47,232 bases of DNA. Source: Candidatus Omnitrophota bacterium (GTDB taxonomy: Bacteria > Omnitrophota > Gorgyraeia > Tantalellales > Tantalellaceae). The stretch spans positions 1-47,232 of the forward strand of contig JAJRVD010000002.1 of assembly GCA_024277375.1 (NCBI GenBank), given 5' to 3'. Made by a program: the position numbers and the translations under genes. Shown piece after piece: positions 31,367 through 39,598 of this stretch. Each line of letters begins with the position of its first letter. Within the stretch, counting starts at the first letter, position 1. A model generated the notes under the pieces. That model had not been told where the DNA came from. It did no database searches and saw only the letters and a program-made list of their open reading frames with translations.

Positions 31367-32437
31367 ATGAAAAAGGTTCTAGTTTTATTAATGGCGATTG
31401 GTGTAGTTGTGGCCTGTTGTGGTAGCGCGGAAGCTGGTATTGCGAATACAAAACATGATATGTATACCTCGGGGAAAGGCACCGATCCAAACGTTTGCGG
31501 TTATTGTCATATGCCTCACAATGCCGCGGGGGACAAAATATGGTCTACTTGGGCTAATGAAGCTCAACTTACGTCAGGGCCATCAAGTACGGTAGGTAAT
31601 ATGTGTTATACCTGTCATGACGGAACTATAACCAACAAAGGACAGAACTCTGTTTTTAATGATGCTTTACAGCAGCATAAGACAGATGCCGGTAGTGATT
31701 GCAATATATGTCATACCGTGCATGATAACACAAACGGTAAGTTCTTAGGTGTAGTCAAAACTAACGGGACGTACTGTGAAACCTGCCATGGCGCAAATCA
31801 GCATGTAAATGCTACATATCTTGGCGACCATACAGCCGGTTCCGAGCATCCGAATCGAAGTGCCGGTGGCGAGGATTGTACCGGGTGCCATAAGATGCAT
31901 GGCGCTGCCGCATATGTTGATCCAAACTCAAGCATTACGCATCCGATTCTTTACATGGACAATACGGATTCCGCTATGTGTGTAGATTGTCACGGGAACG
32001 CTAAGGTTCAGGCGACAACCGGAGGGAATAAACATCCGGTTAATTTAGCAACTGCCGGTACCTGGGGAAAAATGGATTGTGAAAAGTGTCATGATGTTCA
32101 TCAGCCAAACAATTCGGGACGTACAGCCATTTTGGCGGAAGACAATACCGATTCGGCATACTGTATGACTTGTCATCAGCCCGTGGCAACTACTAATGGG
32201 CCAAAGATCGGTGACCATACACATCCGGCGGGAGTTGCTTTCACGTCAGTAGGCACTACTCCGTCAGGTAGCGACATTGATGATGACAATGCAAATGGTG
32301 TGGATTATGCCGGGAACTCCGCAAATTTGGTTTGCGAAAGTTGTCATTCAGTACATAGAAAAGGTGTTGCTTCTCCGCTATTACGTGTTACGGACGCAGG
32401 TGGTGCTTTGTGTGCTAACTGTCACGCTAATAAATAG
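31367..32437 (+). CDS. OmcE-like decaheme cytochrome c, paralog 1
   Basis: Signal peptide; GIANTKHD...CGYCHMPHNA...W...CYTCHDG at the start and HP...CESCHSVH...LLR....GALCANCH at the end; 10 CXXCH. Confidence 0.85.
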   Translation: MKKVLVLLMAIGVVVACCGSAEAGIANTKHDMYTSGKGTDPNVCGYCHMPHNAAGDKIWSTWANEAQLTSGPSSTVGNMCYTCHDGTITNKGQNSVFNDALQQHKTDAGSDCNICHTVHDNTNGKFLGVVKTNGTYCETCHGANQHVNATYLGDHTAGSEHPNRSAGGEDCTGCHKMHGAAAYVDPNSSITHPILYMDNTDSAMCVDCHGNAKVQATTGGNKHPVNLATAGTWGKMDCEKCHDVHQPNNSGRTAILAEDNTDSAYCMTCHQPVATTNGPKIGDHTHPAGVAFTSVGTTPSGSDIDDDNANGVDYAGNSANLVCESCHSVHRKGVASPLLRVTDAGGALCANCHANK

Positions 32438-32499
32438 ATCTGAGTGTTAGTGCTTTATTTATAGCGTTATATCGGTTGTTAATTTACCCCCTGTTCATG

Positions 32500-32533
32500 G
32501 GCCTCACGGGCATAAAATGCCCGTGAGGCCTTT
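32500..32533 (+). terminator. Strong stem-loop (terminator or mRNA stabiliser)
   Basis: GGCCTCACGGGCAT-AAA-ATGCCCGTGAGGCC followed by only TTT. Confidence 0.6.
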
Positions 32534-32545
32534 GCAAAATTTATT

Positions 32546-32568
32546 GTAGGGGCACAGCGTGCCCCTAC
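32546..32568. repeat. GTAG-type REP palindrome
   Basis: GTAGGGGCAC-AGC-GTGCCCCTAC; relatives at 38052-38079 and 46569-46596. Confidence 0.8.
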
Positions 32569-32582
32569 TTTGTGCCATAGAT

Positions 32583-33749
32583 ATGAAAAAAATACTGTCC
32601 ACACTATTTATAGTATTCGTTTTGGCCGCTGAGCCTGTTTTCGCGGGCGTAGCCGGGTCTAAGCATGACATGTTTGCCCAAGGGAAGGGCACCGATACGA
32701 ACATGTGTAGCTACTGTCATGTGCCGCATAACGCCGCGGGGGAAAAGATATGGTCCTTTTGGCCTAATGAAGCGAGGCTTACCCCCGGATACACAAATCC
32801 GAACCAACCGTGGTATCTGACGACCGGCGCTATTTCAGATATGCCGATAGAAAATATGTGCTTCAGCTGCCATGACGGGACTGCGGCCGGAGGAGAAAGT
32901 GAAATGGGGCTCACCGAAACACAAACTGTTTTTTACAATCGCAATCGTCACAAAACATGGGGTAGCGGGGATTGCGACATATGTCATACGGTTCACGATA
33001 ATACAAACGGTAATTTTTTGATAGTGCCTGCTACACAAAGCGCCGAAAGTGAAATGCCGACGTATTGTGAGACTTGTCATGGAGCGAATCCTTATCCCGG
33101 AGCCGGATCCTACGGAAATATGCTGGCAGGATCACAGCATCCATATAAGGATGCCGGATGGCTACTGAACGGATCCTGTAATTCCTGTCATACAATGCAC
33201 GGCGGCTCGGATTATACAACCACTGGAATAGCCCATCCAATATTAAAGACATCTAACGCGGATTCGGTGTATTGTGAAATGTGCCATAATCACGAACAAA
33301 AGACAACGGGAGGGAATAGACACCCGGCAAACTTATCTGCGGCAGGGGGCTGGGGAAAAGTAACCTGTGAATCCTGTCATGACCCCCATCAACCTGATAC
33401 TAACGATTCAGGGAAGCCGTTCATTTTGCTTGACGAGAATATAGATTCCGGGTTTTGTACAAACTGTCATGATGCTACATCAGAAACAAATGGCCCGATG
33501 ATCGGTGGAGGGCACCCGGTTAATAGGCCGTTTACAGTAAATCCCACTGATCCGCTCAAGGCACCCGCGGGAAATACAATCGATGATAATACCGATGGTA
33601 TCATTGATTATCCGTTAAATACCGCAAGCATGGTATGTGAAAGTTGTCATTCTGTCCATAGAAAGGGGATTGATGTCCCGGCATTGCGCGATACGAAGGG
33701 GAACAGCGCATCCTGTATAAATTGTCACGGCAACACAACCGGACCATAG
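32583..33749 (+). CDS. OmcE-like decaheme cytochrome c, paralog 2
   Basis: Collinear with paralog 1 (KHDM...GKGTD, CH.PHNAAG.KIWS.W.NEA.LT, ICHTVHDNTNG.FL, CESCHSVHRKG); 10 CXXCH. Confidence 0.88.
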   Translation: MKKILSTLFIVFVLAAEPVFAGVAGSKHDMFAQGKGTDTNMCSYCHVPHNAAGEKIWSFWPNEARLTPGYTNPNQPWYLTTGAISDMPIENMCFSCHDGTAAGGESEMGLTETQTVFYNRNRHKTWGSGDCDICHTVHDNTNGNFLIVPATQSAESEMPTYCETCHGANPYPGAGSYGNMLAGSQHPYKDAGWLLNGSCNSCHTMHGGSDYTTTGIAHPILKTSNADSVYCEMCHNHEQKTTGGNRHPANLSAAGGWGKVTCESCHDPHQPDTNDSGKPFILLDENIDSGFCTNCHDATSETNGPMIGGGHPVNRPFTVNPTDPLKAPAGNTIDDNTDGIIDYPLNTASMVCESCHSVHRKGIDVPALRDTKGNSASCINCHGNTTGP

Positions 33750-33757
33750 GATCTGAA

Positions 33758-35197
33758 ATGCGGCACAAATTAACGATATTGTTCTTAGCGGTTATACTAT
33801 TCTTTGCTTCCGGCCAGGCCTTCTCTGAGCCTCATGGCAATGGTGAGCCCTGCGCCACGTGTCATGATCTTCATCACAATGATGAATATAAACAACTGAA
33901 AATGGAAGCTATTCTGAGCGGGAAGGTATCCTGTTTTGCCTGTCACTCGGTCAAGTCGGACGCAGGCGCGCCTGATACGGAGCAAGAATTCATGATGTCT
34001 CAGTCCCATCTCCCCCTCGCTGATAGCAAAGAATGTCTTGTATGCCATGACCTGGGAGAAAAACATATGGATGGTCGTCTTGACAGTTGGCCGTCGCTTG
34101 AACTTAAGGATCCGGATCCAAAAGATTCTCATATATACTCCGGGGCTAAGATAAATAATTTCTGCTTAAGCTGTCATGATAATTCTCCGGTCACACTGGG
34201 CGATCCTCCGCAAACTCCCATAGATCTATCAAGCGCTTACGAATTCACCGGGCATGGTAAGATCGATATTGATCAGCCCTGTACGGCTTGTCATGAGCAC
34301 CATGCTTCTATGACAAAGCCCCATATGATCCGTGACATTATTAATAATTCGACGGTCATTGGCAATGATAACAGTGTTTGTTTCGCTTGCCACTCATATT
34401 CCAGCGAAAGTTATCCGGGAAAGATAATGTATCAATCTTCCGAACATGGGATGCGGGAAAAGTTGTGTATAGATTGTCACAATCCGCATGGGGACAATAA
34501 GGATCTCTGCTATCTGTGCCATAATGCTAAATATTCAGCACACTACAGCTCAAAACGAGATAAGCTTTGTGTCGACTGCCATAACCCTCACAAAAAAGAC
34601 GACTTAAAAATGACCATAGAGGACGAGGAAAAGCTATGCTTCCTTTGTCATGTCGAGTTGGAAAAAGAATTCGGCAATGTGAGAGACGGGGTATCAGGCG
34701 TCTACACTCATCACAAAGTTGATGATGAAGAATATGGCGGCGGCAAAGTGGAATGCTTTGATTGTCACAATCCACATTCTGTAACAAACATGAACATCGT
34801 TAGCGAGCCCGGCTCTTCCGGATGGAGCATGCCGCCACGCGCGTTCCCTAAGGATTCATATTCGTTTAAGACTGACATGTATGACGAGTTTTGTTTGAGC
34901 TGTCACGACGGTTCATCTTTTTCGGCGGCGGATATCAAAACCGAGTTGAGTTTTAATTCAACGCTTGAGAGCGAATTCACCGAAGACGGCGCGACCAATC
35001 TCCATAAGGCACACAAAGACAAAGGGTACGGTTGTCAAAACTGTCATGACGCGCATTCATCGAGAGGAACAAGTGGGATCAAACGCGGCGCTCTTTTGCA
35101 TGAAAAAATACGAATTAACAGTTGGAGCGAAAGCGGGAAATATAATGAAGGTAAAAATTCTTGCTCAAGCTCGTCTTTGGGGGCAGGATGCCATTAA
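33758..35197 (+). CDS. Exported multiheme cytochrome c (13 CXXCH + terminal CX8CH)
   Basis: Signal peptide ending AFS; motif count from the translation. Confidence 0.9.
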   Translation: MRHKLTILFLAVILFFASGQAFSEPHGNGEPCATCHDLHHNDEYKQLKMEAILSGKVSCFACHSVKSDAGAPDTEQEFMMSQSHLPLADSKECLVCHDLGEKHMDGRLDSWPSLELKDPDPKDSHIYSGAKINNFCLSCHDNSPVTLGDPPQTPIDLSSAYEFTGHGKIDIDQPCTACHEHHASMTKPHMIRDIINNSTVIGNDNSVCFACHSYSSESYPGKIMYQSSEHGMREKLCIDCHNPHGDNKDLCYLCHNAKYSAHYSSKRDKLCVDCHNPHKKDDLKMTIEDEEKLCFLCHVELEKEFGNVRDGVSGVYTHHKVDDEEYGGGKVECFDCHNPHSVTNMNIVSEPGSSGWSMPPRAFPKDSYSFKTDMYDEFCLSCHDGSSFSAADIKTELSFNSTLESEFTEDGATNLHKAHKDKGYGCQNCHDAHSSRGTSGIKRGALLHEKIRINSWSESGKYNEGKNSCSSSSLGAGCH

Positions 35198-35232
35198 TTG
35201 AAGGTGCTGGGTGATCGATTATCAATTTTCAT

Positions 35233-36999
35233 ATGTGTGTGTTCAGGAATATTATTGTCGTCATATTTCTATGTGCGGTTGTCTGCATGTCGGCGGCTTC
35301 GTCTGCCTCTTCCGAAAGGCTTAACATGAAGGCTGAGACTGAATATGGTCTAAGCGATTTTTATCGCTCCCCGGAGCCGCCGGAAGGTTCCACCGGAACC
35401 CACCTTTCACAAGACTATAGATTGTACTTAGAGGGCGGGATATTCAAGCAGGGCATGCTCGACGCGATGGTCGGAGCGGAACTACAGGACAAGTACGGAA
35501 CCAGGGATTTCAATACTGAAAATAAAGTACGTTTTGATTATGGCAAGTGGCTTAGAATTGAAACTTTATCGAAGCAGGAGATCGATGAAGATATGTTTTT
35601 TGCCGGTTCGATCCAGCCGCAATCACCGATACGTACCGTTACAAATAAATATTCGGGGAAGCTTAAAATAGACAAAGTTACAACGGTGGATTATGTTCTC
35701 GAGGATAGAGAGAGAAGGGATCTTCTCCTTGGAACCGTTACGGGAGAAGAAACAGAAACAAAGACACTTAAATTCAAAAGAAGGGCGCGTGGCTTGACCA
35801 TAAGCGGAAAATACAGGCAACGGGATTTTAAGGACCTATTAGGGACGCGCAGTGATATAGCCTCGAAGGATATTGGAATGGAAATCTTTTATCGACCAAA
35901 AAACTACATCAGTATTCTGGCAGGGTTTGACGACGAAACCGACGAGGACGTTGACAAGGGCACGGAACTACATTCCAGAAACTCCAGGATGGAGCTTGCT
36001 CTTAAGCCCGTTCAGGGGCTGAAGATCCGCGACCGCGTAACCTTGCGACAAGATGATGACTCCAAAACCGGAGAAAATATTATTAACGTATCTAATGAGA
36101 TCATAATAAATTTTGACCCGAGAAAAGAGACTACTTTTGAACTTGCGTACAAGAGGTCAGAAGAAGACAAAGAAAGGAATGTGGACATTATCTCAACAAC
36201 GGATGAGACAAGATTCAAAATGCGTCTCATACCCATAAATGGAGTTACAGTGCAGTCGGGAGTCGAGATTACCGATAAAGTAAGTTCATCGTCCGCTGAA
36301 AATCTCCTAAATACAAAAGTGTATACTGATCTGACGCTCGAACCGGTTAAAACAACAAAGATCGGGGCCAACATTTCAAATACGTCACAAAAGAACACTT
36401 TCACCTCTCAAGTTATATCCAATACAACGGCTATGTCAGCTACGCTGCAATACAGGCCCAGGGGGCGTTTTTATTGGTTTCTTCAGGGAAATACCTCGAT
36501 AACGGATAATCCATCAACAGATTCATTTACGCGGACAGATACGGTAAGTTCCAGCCTGAACATGGATCCTTTCTCGTTTCTGGATATATCTTTCAGGACA
36601 AGCGGCCAACGAACGACGGGGTCGTCTGGATCGGGAGATTCCAATAGGCTTTTGAACTCAATTGAGTTAAGCATGAAGCTTTTGAATAATATGAATTTTT
36701 CCGCTGAATATGAAATGATCAATTCTACCGGAGCAAGCTCGACAAACGAGAGTCTTGTAGACTTGTCGTTGTTCTATCATTTGACAAAAATGGATTTTTC
36801 GTTAAGATACCAGATACGTGATATATCGGGATCGGCCACAACGGGAAAAACTTTGATCTTGAGCGATTTAAAGTATAGAATAAGCAAAAACATTGTTTTT
36901 AGTGTCAGGTTTTCTATGACTGATTATTCGGATCAGGTGGATTCTTTTAACAGCTACGATACGACATTGATAGAAAGCTTACTTTCTATGAAATTTTAA
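35233..36999 (+). CDS. Putative outer-membrane beta-barrel protein
   Basis: Signal peptide, repeated amphipathic strand pairs with Y.P/L.P turns, Ser/Thr/Asp-rich loops, C-terminal Phe (LLSMKF). Confidence 0.75.
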   Translation: MCVFRNIIVVIFLCAVVCMSAASSASSERLNMKAETEYGLSDFYRSPEPPEGSTGTHLSQDYRLYLEGGIFKQGMLDAMVGAELQDKYGTRDFNTENKVRFDYGKWLRIETLSKQEIDEDMFFAGSIQPQSPIRTVTNKYSGKLKIDKVTTVDYVLEDRERRDLLLGTVTGEETETKTLKFKRRARGLTISGKYRQRDFKDLLGTRSDIASKDIGMEIFYRPKNYISILAGFDDETDEDVDKGTELHSRNSRMELALKPVQGLKIRDRVTLRQDDDSKTGENIINVSNEIIINFDPRKETTFELAYKRSEEDKERNVDIISTTDETRFKMRLIPINGVTVQSGVEITDKVSSSSAENLLNTKVYTDLTLEPVKTTKIGANISNTSQKNTFTSQVISNTTAMSATLQYRPRGRFYWFLQGNTSITDNPSTDSFTRTDTVSSSLNMDPFSFLDISFRTSGQRTTGSSGSGDSNRLLNSIELSMKLLNNMNFSAEYEMINSTGASSTNESLVDLSLFYHLTKMDFSLRYQIRDISGSATTGKTLILSDLKYRISKNIVFSVRFSMTDYSDQVDSFNSYDTTLIESLLSMKF

Positions 37000-37014
37000 T
37001 GTATACTTTGTAAA

Positions 37015-38037
37015 ATGACAAAAACTCGAAATATCGTAGGAGTGGCCTCTGGCCGCGAACACTTTTCAGGCCTTTCCCCGAGATCCTCCACTCGACTTCG
37101 CTCGGGACGGGCTGGTCTCGGGATGACCTCTAGGCTGATGCCCTTCGGTCTCGTTTTGCTCAGGATGACAGGGCTTGCCATGTCTGTTCTATTAATTTTA
37201 TCGTGTTTTTATGTTAACGCCTTTGCTTCTGATGAATGTTGGGATTGTCATCCGGTTGAAACAGATAGCGCTGATCTTACGGTACACTTCGATCGAGACG
37301 CCCAATGCGACATGTGCCATGGCGATCCGGAAGAACATCTGACCCAGAGAGACAAAAGTGACAATATAATTAACCCCGCCAGCCTGGGGAGAGCAAGATC
37401 AAATGCCGTTTGTTTGAGGTGTCATGAGGAAAAAGATAAAGACATAAGAGAGCGTTTTTCAGCGGTGACAAATGGTCACGATGATTTGAACTGTTTCGAC
37501 TGTCATGAAGCACATATGAAGGTCCCGGCGACACTTGATGACCTGGACAACTTTAAAAAGAATATGTCGGTAGATTGCGCAGGGTGCCATGAAGACATCT
37601 ACAATGTTTTTTATTCTTCCTCACACGGAGAATCTAACCTGACCTGTTCCGATTGCCATAAATTGCATGACATTCATACAATAAGCCAGGAGGTCGAACA
37701 GCAGATAGAACGCTGTCTTTTTTGTCATCCGACACAGGATTTGGAATTTAAATATCCGAATGTGCATCCGTTGCGCGAAAGACAGATAAAGTGTACAAGT
37801 TGTCATAATCCTCATAGTAGCGAGCACGATTTGATGCTTAATGAGGATGGGGATGATCTTTGTGAATTGTGTCATGCGGATATTGTTATAGCAGGGGGAC
37901 AACATCCTGAGTCGAGGAATACAAATCACTCGCGAAGTACGGTTAAATGCGGGGATTGTCACAAACCACATGGGGCAAATTTTGAGATGTTATTGATACA
38001 TAGTCCGGATACGATATGTACCACATGTCATAATTAG
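37015..38037 (+). CDS. MtrA/DmsE-like 11-heme periplasmic cytochrome c
   Basis: IINP.....A.SNAVCLRCH, S.HG...L.CSDCH..H, F.YP..HPL.E....CTSCHNPH; 11 CXXCH; start uncertain because of repeats. Confidence 0.85.
   Translation: MTKTRNIVGVASGREHFSGLSPRSSTRLRSGRAGLGMTSRLMPFGLVLLRMTGLAMSVLLILSCFYVNAFASDECWDCHPVETDSADLTVHFDRDAQCDMCHGDPEEHLTQRDKSDNIINPASLGRARSNAVCLRCHEEKDKDIRERFSAVTNGHDDLNCFDCHEAHMKVPATLDDLDNFKKNMSVDCAGCHEDIYNVFYSSSHGESNLTCSDCHKLHDIHTISQEVEQQIERCLFCHPTQDLEFKYPNVHPLRERQIKCTSCHNPHSSEHDLMLNEDGDDLCELCHADIVIAGGQHPESRNTNHSRSTVKCGDCHKPHGANFEMLLIHSPDTICTTCHN
37036..37169. repeat. Stack of three REP-like palindromes
   Basis: GTAGGAGTGGCCTCTGGCCGCGAACA (near-copy at 38905-38930), AGATCC...GGATGAC, ...GCTCAGGATGAC. 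Confidence 0.75.
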
Positions 38038-38099
38038 GTATGGATAAAATGGTAGGGGCGCGGCGTGCCGTGCCCCTACACAATTAAAAGGAGTTAGAG

Positions 38100-38891
38100 A
38101 TGTTCTGGAAATTAAAGAAGACCAAACTATTAAAGCTTTTCACTATCCACTGTTTACTAAGCACCGTAGTGCTCTCAGGCTGCGCCGGAGGGCCATCCAG
38201 CTACTTTCGCAAAGAGGAACTGCCACCTGAAGCATACGTAAGGGTAGGTACAATACCTCTCGTGAATTTGGCTGCCCATAGAGACGCGGACAAAAAGGTT
38301 GTGTACTCACTGCTGACGCAGCTTTTAAGGACAAATTATTTTGACGTTGTGGAAATGGGCGAAGTCGACAAGGCGATAAAAGACGCTAAGGTACGAAAAG
38401 ATGCGGCACTGTCCAATGATAACATAATCAGGATAGGTCAACTTACGGGTGCGGATGTCCTTTTGATGGGCGCGGTTAAGGAGTATAAGATCGATTCAAG
38501 TACAATGTTGGGTGAAAAAGTATTCGTTCCGGAAGTTTCGATAAGCTTGCGCTTGGTCTCAACTAAAGACGCGTCGATCATATGGGCCGCTAATCATCAC
38601 CGCCGCGGCGATGACAGGGTTACGGTTTTCGGGTTGGGGAGGATCGATTCTATAAGTCTCTTGACGGATGTCATCGTTACCGATAGCGTTAGAGCCTTGA
38701 CTCGCGCAATGAAAAACCGCCAGGCGGCCTTGCGCGCGTTTAAGCACAGTCAAACAATGGTTGTCCCGAAGAAAGAGGTTACACGGGCAACAACGACCAG
38801 AAAAAGCGCTCCAACTACAAAAAAGTCAGGACCAAGAACCACAAAGGAAAAATATAAAGACGCATATCAGCAGATAAAAGCACAATATTGA
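38100..38891 (+). CDS. Lipoprotein, CsgG/HfaB/DUF799-like fold
   Basis: Lipobox LSGC; RVG.IP..N, FDVVE...VD, IG...GAD.LL.G.V.EY, V.ISLRLV......IIW. Confidence 0.7.
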   Translation: MFWKLKKTKLLKLFTIHCLLSTVVLSGCAGGPSSYFRKEELPPEAYVRVGTIPLVNLAAHRDADKKVVYSLLTQLLRTNYFDVVEMGEVDKAIKDAKVRKDAALSNDNIIRIGQLTGADVLLMGAVKEYKIDSSTMLGEKVFVPEVSISLRLVSTKDASIIWAANHHRRGDDRVTVFGLGRIDSISLLTDVIVTDSVRALTRAMKNRQAALRAFKHSQTMVVPKKEVTRATTTRKSAPTTKKSGPRTTKEKYKDAYQQIKAQY

Positions 38892-38954
38892 ACAGTAAAT
38901 GGTCGTAGGAGCGGCCTCTGGCCGCGAACAGAAAAAACAAATACTAATCGTCAA

Positions 38955-39073
38955 TAGACTGTGTCTTAATGTAGGGGCTTGATTTATCAAGCCCGTTATA
39001 TCGGGTTCGATGAATCGAACCCCTACAATATATTGTATGCGGCCATCCGCAAAACGAATTACGACACAGTCCG
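38955..39073 (-). mobile_element. MITE-like element, copy 6
   Basis: TAGACTGTGTC...GACACAGTCCG, 119 bp, splits GTCA.../ATTGCGAG. Confidence 0.8.
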
Positions 39074-39166
39074 ATTGCGAGGAGTGAACACAACGACGAA
39101 GCCGAGGGACACCGTTCCCGAGGTCATCCTGAGGCCAGAGGGCCTCAGGGGAGCAATCTCTAAAAA

Positions 39167-39586
39167 ATGAAAATATTTGTAGCCATATTAATTTTACTTT
39201 CTACCGTCGGCCTGACCTTGTATTGCACCAGCCAGGACGGCCGGGATCCTGACGGTTGTCTGGGCTGCCATATGGACGCCTTTCAAAATATACAGTACTT
39301 ACATCCCCTGGTAAGGCAGGGGGAATGCACAGTGTGTCATATCGAGTATGATATTGAGACCCATCAGGATTCCGGAGATGTGACGTTTGATGTTTGTGTG
39401 GAGTGCCATAATGATGAAAACCTTGGGCGCTCTCATTCTGTCGGCCCCGGTGTTTTGGATCCAAATACGGGTGGTACGATGACCTGCACTTCTTCTTGTC
39501 ATTTTCCACATGGGTCTGATAATAAGTTTCATTTGTCGTTTCGCGACAAAGCTGATCTGTGTCGTAGTTGCCATGCTGAATTTTAA
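39167..39586 (+). CDS. Small exported multiheme cytochrome c (4 CXXCH + 1 CX3CH)
   Basis: Leader peptide; CLGCH, CTVCH, CVECH, CTSSCH, CRSCH. Confidence 0.88.
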   Translation: MKIFVAILILLSTVGLTLYCTSQDGRDPDGCLGCHMDAFQNIQYLHPLVRQGECTVCHIEYDIETHQDSGDVTFDVCVECHNDENLGRSHSVGPGVLDPNTGGTMTCTSSCHFPHGSDNKFHLSFRDKADLCRSCHAEF

Positions 39587-39598
39587 GGGAGGGATGTA

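Noticed and set aside
10643-39170. Repeated small ORFs beginning MIHQARYIGFD (10643, 21860-22042, 38979)
   Set aside because: Translations of the MITE palindromes; ends are not conserved
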